Shown here: positions 7,369 through 10,613 of the stretch, piece by piece | How positions within the stretch are numbered: the stretch's first letter is position 1 | Layout of the letters: each line of letters begins with the position of its first letter | DNA from: Chthonomonadales bacterium | GTDB lineage: Bacteria; Armatimonadota; Chthonomonadetes; Chthonomonadales; Chthonomonadaceae | Length of the DNA stretch: 10,613 bases | NCBI GenBank assembly: GCA_038217285.1 | Contig: JBBQPO010000217.1 | Location: forward strand, 1 to 10,613 | Direction: 5' to 3' | Program-made: the position numbers and the translations under genes | Notes under the pieces: generated by a model | Databases searched by the model: none | Told to the model about the DNA's origin: nothing | What the model saw: only the letters and a program-made list of their open reading frames with translations

Positions 7369-7409
7369 GGGCGGAGTGCATCCCACCGTGAATACACTCC
7401 GATACAAGA

Positions 7410-7493
7410 TGCCGAGGACAGGACTTGAACCTGCAAGCCTTTTGAGCATACGCACCTCAAGCGTACGTGTCTGCCAAATTCCACCACCTCGGC
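7410..7493 (-). tRNA. tRNA-Leu(GAG), CCA not encoded
   Basis: Acceptor stem GCCGAGG/CCTCGGC, anticodon arm TACGC-TTGAGGT-GCGTA, long variable arm, T loop TTCAAGT. Confidence 0.96.
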
Positions 7494-7524
7494 GAGCGCG
7501 TTTCGGGCCGTCCGGCACGGCCCG

Positions 7525-7596
7525 TAGGGATACGGGGAATCGAACCCCGGCTTAAGGACTGAAAATCCCTCGTCCTAACCTCTAGACGATATCCCC
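7525..7596 (-). tRNA. tRNA-Glu(TTC), CCA not encoded
   Basis: Acceptor stem GGGGATA/TATCCCT, Glu-type D arm GTCTAGAGGTTAGGAC, anticodon arm AGGGA-TTTTCAG-TCCTT, T arm CGGGG-TTCGATT-CCCCG. Confidence 0.94.
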
Positions 7597-7627
7597 ACAT
7601 TGGCCTGACGGCCCGAATTGCACAGTT

Positions 7628-7657
7628 ATTATAAGGCGGTAACCGGGTTTTTGTCAA
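7628..7657 (-). promoter_or_regulatory. sigma70 promoter of the tRNA operon
   Basis: Perfect hexamers, TTGACA-N18-TATAAT, about 30 nt upstream of tRNA-Glu. Confidence 0.88.
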
Positions 7658-7805
7658 GAGTGCGGCGGAAATAGGAGGGAAGGGAGGAGAGGAGAAAAGA
7701 ATCGGGGTTCCTGCGCAGGTAGGCGTGCCTCCATGAAGCACAAGGCCGCGAAGGCACGGTCGCAAATGAAAGCAGAATTTCTCCCTTCAAAGGAGAATAC
7801 GGCGC

Positions 7806-7846
7806 GGGAACTGTAGGAAGCGCACATGCGTCAATTGAGGTATAAT
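7806..7846 (+). promoter_or_regulatory. Putative ECF-sigma promoter (copy 3) followed by a TATAAT box, upstream of menG
   Basis: GGGAACT-N14-TGCGTCAAT at 7806-7835, then GGTATAAT with TATAAT at 7841-7846. Confidence 0.55.
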
Positions 7847-7972
7847 GTGCGTGGACGGCGATTTCAGGGACGCTTGCGCCGGAGTTTGTGAAAAATGCAA
7901 CGAAGTATTGGGGCGAGGCAGGTCCGACCCTGATGTGGCGGGCGTCGAGGAGTGGGAGAGGTGGGTTTCAGG

Positions 7973-8776
7973 ATGGGAACGACCTACACGGAACCAGAGA
8001 GCCGGAATGGGCAGGCAGGCAGGCGCAACCAGCCGCCCCGGCCCCTCTATGTCGGGGATAAAGAACGATATGTGCGCGAGATGTTCGCGGCCATCGCTCC
8101 CCGCTACGACCTGCTGAACGACCTCCTCAGTTTTCGCAGTCATAAACGCTGGCGGCGGCTGGCCGTACAGATGGCGCAGGTCGAGCCGGGCGACCACTGC
8201 CTGGATGTCTGCACCGGCACCGGAGATTTTGCGGTAGACCTCGCGCAGAGCGCGGGAGCCAACGGGCAGGTGGTCGGAGCCGACTTCTGCGAACCCATGA
8301 TCCGCAACGGTCTCGACAAGGTCGCCCGCGCTGGCGGCAGTCCTATCCGGATGATGGTCGCCAATGTCGAGCATCTGCCCTATCCCGACAGCCGCTTCGA
8401 CGTCGCTACAGTGGGTTTCGGTATTCGCAATGTCGCCCATATCGAACAGGCCGTCGCAGAGATGGCGCGGGTCGTCCGGCCGGGCGGGCGGGTCGTCATT
8501 CTGGAGTTCAATCGGCCCCGTGAGGTCTGGTACAAACCGTTCGTCGATTTCTATCTGTTCCATATCCTGCCGCGTCTCGGCGGGCTGTTCAGTCGGCAGG
8601 AAGCCTATACTTATCTGCCTGAGTCCATGAAACTGTTCGTCTCTCGTGAAGAGCTGGCATCCATCATGCAGCGCGTCGGTCTGTGCGAGATACAGGTGCG
8701 CGACCTCAACTTCGGTACGGTCTGCATCCATCTCGGCACCCGCCCCGTGCTTCCCGGCTCGGAGGGCACACTATGA
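7973..8776 (+). CDS. menG: Demethylmenaquinone methyltransferase (MenG/UbiE family)
   Basis: Motifs MFAAIAPRYDLLNDLLS, LDVCTGTGD (SAM binding), GADFCEPM, GFGIRNV, RVVRPGG..ILEF and AYTYLPES. The start could alternatively be GTG at 7952. Confidence 0.92.
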   Translation: MGTTYTEPESRNGQAGRRNQPPRPLYVGDKERYVREMFAAIAPRYDLLNDLLSFRSHKRWRRLAVQMAQVEPGDHCLDVCTGTGDFAVDLAQSAGANGQVVGADFCEPMIRNGLDKVARAGGSPIRMMVANVEHLPYPDSRFDVATVGFGIRNVAHIEQAVAEMARVVRPGGRVVILEFNRPREVWYKPFVDFYLFHILPRLGGLFSRQEAYTYLPESMKLFVSREELASIMQRVGLCEIQVRDLNFGTVCIHLGTRPVLPGSEGTL

Positions 8777-9813
8777 CCGCTGCAACTACTACCCTGACAC
8801 CCAACAAAGCCGTTCGGCCTGCGCCCGCTTTGAGCGGCGCCGCCGTCTTCCATGAGTATATCCGCCCGGACCTCGATGCGGTGGAAGCCCGCCTGGATGG
8901 GGCCATCGGTTCCGACGTCAGAACCGTCAGCACCCTGACCAATCATATCCTGCGGGCGGGCGGTAAGCGGCTGCGCCCCGCCATGGTCGCCCTCTCGGCC
9001 CGCGCCCATCAGCCGGACATCGGACACGCCCGCATCGCCACCATCGGGGCCGCCGTGGAGCTGATTCACATGGCCTCTCTGGTGCACGACGATGTCGTGG
9101 ACGACACGGCGACACGGCGCGGCAAGCCCACGGCCAACTCGCTTTTCGGCAACAGCGTCGCGGTCATCAGCGGCGACTATATCCTGGCGCGGGCCATGCG
9201 CATGCTCGCCGACGACGGGGATGTGCGCCTGCTCCGCATCCTCGCGGATATCACCATGACTATGAGCGAGGGCGAAGTGATGGAGATTGCCGTCGCCGGT
9301 CGCCATGACCTGCCGATGGCGGAGTACCTCGAAATCCTTCGTAAGAAGACGGCTGTCTTTCTGGAAGGCTGCTGCCGCTGCGGCGCCGTTATCGCCGAAG
9401 CCGACGAACGCACCGAAAGCGCGCTGGCCCAGTACGGTAATCGCCTGGGCATGGCCTTTCAGCTCGCCGACGATCTGCTCGACTATATCGGCGACCCCGC
9501 AGTCACCGGCAAACCGCGCGGCAGCGACCTGCGCGATGGGCGCGCCACCATGCCGTTTCTGCTGGCGCTGCAAGAGGCCAGTCCAGCGGATCGCGACCAG
9601 CTCCTGACCGCCTTTGGCGATCCCTTGATCGACGACGCCACCGTTCTGCGCCTCTGCACGGTGATCGCCGGCTACGACGGTTTCGACCGCACCCGCGCCT
9701 TCGCCCAGGAGCAGGTCGAACTCGCCGATGCCGCCATCGTCGCCCTGCCGCCGACACCCGCCCGCGACTGCTTCCGCGCCCTCACCTCCTACGTCGTTCT
9801 CCGCGACCGCTGA
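8773..9813 (+). CDS. Long-chain trans-polyprenyl diphosphate synthase (HepT/IspB-like)
   Basis: ATGA overlap with menG and GGAGG RBS. Motifs GGKRLRP, ASLVHDDVVD (FARM, with a small residue five positions before it, implying a long-chain product), RRG, KKTA, AFQLADDLLD (SARM) and GKPRGSDL. Confidence 0.93.
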   Translation: MTAATTTLTPNKAVRPAPALSGAAVFHEYIRPDLDAVEARLDGAIGSDVRTVSTLTNHILRAGGKRLRPAMVALSARAHQPDIGHARIATIGAAVELIHMASLVHDDVVDDTATRRGKPTANSLFGNSVAVISGDYILARAMRMLADDGDVRLLRILADITMTMSEGEVMEIAVAGRHDLPMAEYLEILRKKTAVFLEGCCRCGAVIAEADERTESALAQYGNRLGMAFQLADDLLDYIGDPAVTGKPRGSDLRDGRATMPFLLALQEASPADRDQLLTAFGDPLIDDATVLRLCTVIAGYDGFDRTRAFAQEQVELADAAIVALPPTPARDCFRALTSYVVLRDR

Positions 9814-9832
9814 TGCGTGGAGGGTCTGAACT

Positions 9833-10576
9833 CTATTTCAGTGTTCGGCCCCAGGCAGTCCGTTGCGGATCGTCGGTGCGGGACGAGGGAGCGGCACGCC
9901 AGAACCGAATGCCTCCAGCGGAGATGGAGACCAGTGTATTGGCATTGGAGAAGAAGACGCTGGTAACGGCCTCCCCATGACCGGTAAGAACGCCGTGTTC
10001 CCTGTGGGTGCCTAGATCCCAGACCCGCAAAGTACGATCCTCATTGCCCGCGACCAACTCCTTCCCGTCTGGAGAGAAGGCCAGACAGTTTACCGGCCCG
10101 GCTCTGTCGTTCAGCAGCGTAACCATTGGTGACGTCTGGACGCGCCCGTCGATCTTGCCGGACAGCCGAGAGACGTCCCAGAGCCGAATGCTCCGATCCC
10201 ATCCTGCGGTTGCCAGCGTCCCGCCATCCGGCGAAAAGGCGACGGCGACGATGTAGTTATTGTGCGCGCCTCGAATAACTGCCAGCAACTGCCGACGGCG
10301 CAGGCTCCACAACTCCACGGTTCCATCTCCATATTTCTGATGTTCTCTGTCAGCGCCGGTAACCGCGAGGATATTGCCGACAGAAGAGATGGCCATCACA
10401 TCCGGCCCGTTGATATATTGGTGTGCTATTCCACCGAGAAAACGCCACGAATGGGTGTCCCACAGTCGAATGATCTTGCCATGCACCAGCAAAATGCCGC
10501 CGTCTTTGGAGAATGTCATTCGATAGCGGCCAAAAGCAACCACGGCAGATGCGACTGCTCCTGCGATTGGGCGCAT
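9833..10576 (-). CDS. WD40-repeat protein (start uncertain, possibly truncated)
   Basis: About five WD repeats, for example AHNNYIVAVAFSPDGGTLATAGWDRSIRLWD, VNCLAFSPDGKELVAGNEDRTLRVWD and GHGEAVTSVFFS...IRFW. Confidence 0.85.
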   Translation of the reverse strand: MRPIAGAVASAVVAFGRYRMTFSKDGGILLVHGKIIRLWDTHSWRFLGGIAHQYINGPDVMAISSVGNILAVTGADREHQKYGDGTVELWSLRRRQLLAVIRGAHNNYIVAVAFSPDGGTLATAGWDRSIRLWDVSRLSGKIDGRVQTSPMVTLLNDRAGPVNCLAFSPDGKELVAGNEDRTLRVWDLGTHREHGVLTGHGEAVTSVFFSNANTLVSISAGGIRFWRAAPSSRTDDPQRTAWGRTLK

Positions 10577-10613
10577 TCCACCGCCGTTTTGAGCTCAAAG
10601 GAGCAGAGTGATC

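Noticed and set aside
7238-7371. ACCGCCCGGG repeat as a possible att site of a tRNA-integrated island
   Set aside because: Only 10 bp and GC-rich, and it matches the tRNA-Val 5' end rather than the 3' end. I saw no integrase or duplicated tRNA 3' end in the window.
6894-7765. ORFs 6894..7487 and 7457..7765
   Set aside because: They overlap the tRNA genes and their promoter, so they are spurious.
7787-9573. Minus-strand ORFs 7787..8731 and 8611..9573
   Set aside because: Antisense shadows of menG and the polyprenyl synthase.
1-10613. CRISPR array or recognisable defence system
   Set aside because: I saw no regularly spaced repeats and no cas or other defence-family motifs.

Overview
GC-rich bacterial chromosomal window made mostly of core or metabolic genes. 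On the minus strand, left to right: the left end and transposase start of an IS3-family element, an SprT/M48-like zinc metallopeptidase with an internally duplicated degenerate second domain, a three-gene operon (two D-2-hydroxyacid dehydrogenases flanking an HpcH/HpaI aldolase), a HAAS/permease-prefix membrane protein, and trmFO. These are followed by two fused pseudogene stubs (+), a CCA-less tRNA-Glu/Leu/Val operon (-) with perfect sigma70 hexamers and a terminator, a menG/ubiE plus polyprenyl synthase pair (+), and a WD40 protein (-). The most notable unexplained signal is a 30-bp bipartite motif, G-S-R-AAC-N16-GCGTCA-W-T, found three times with identical spacing. Each copy is intergenic and in sense orientation upstream of a different transcription unit, which suggests an ECF-type sigma regulon linking the peptidase, the HAAS protein and menaquinone synthesis. 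A 15-bp inverted repeat enclosing tRNA-Glu, with a competing hairpin, is also noteworthy. All family assignments come from motif recognition by eye; no database search was run.
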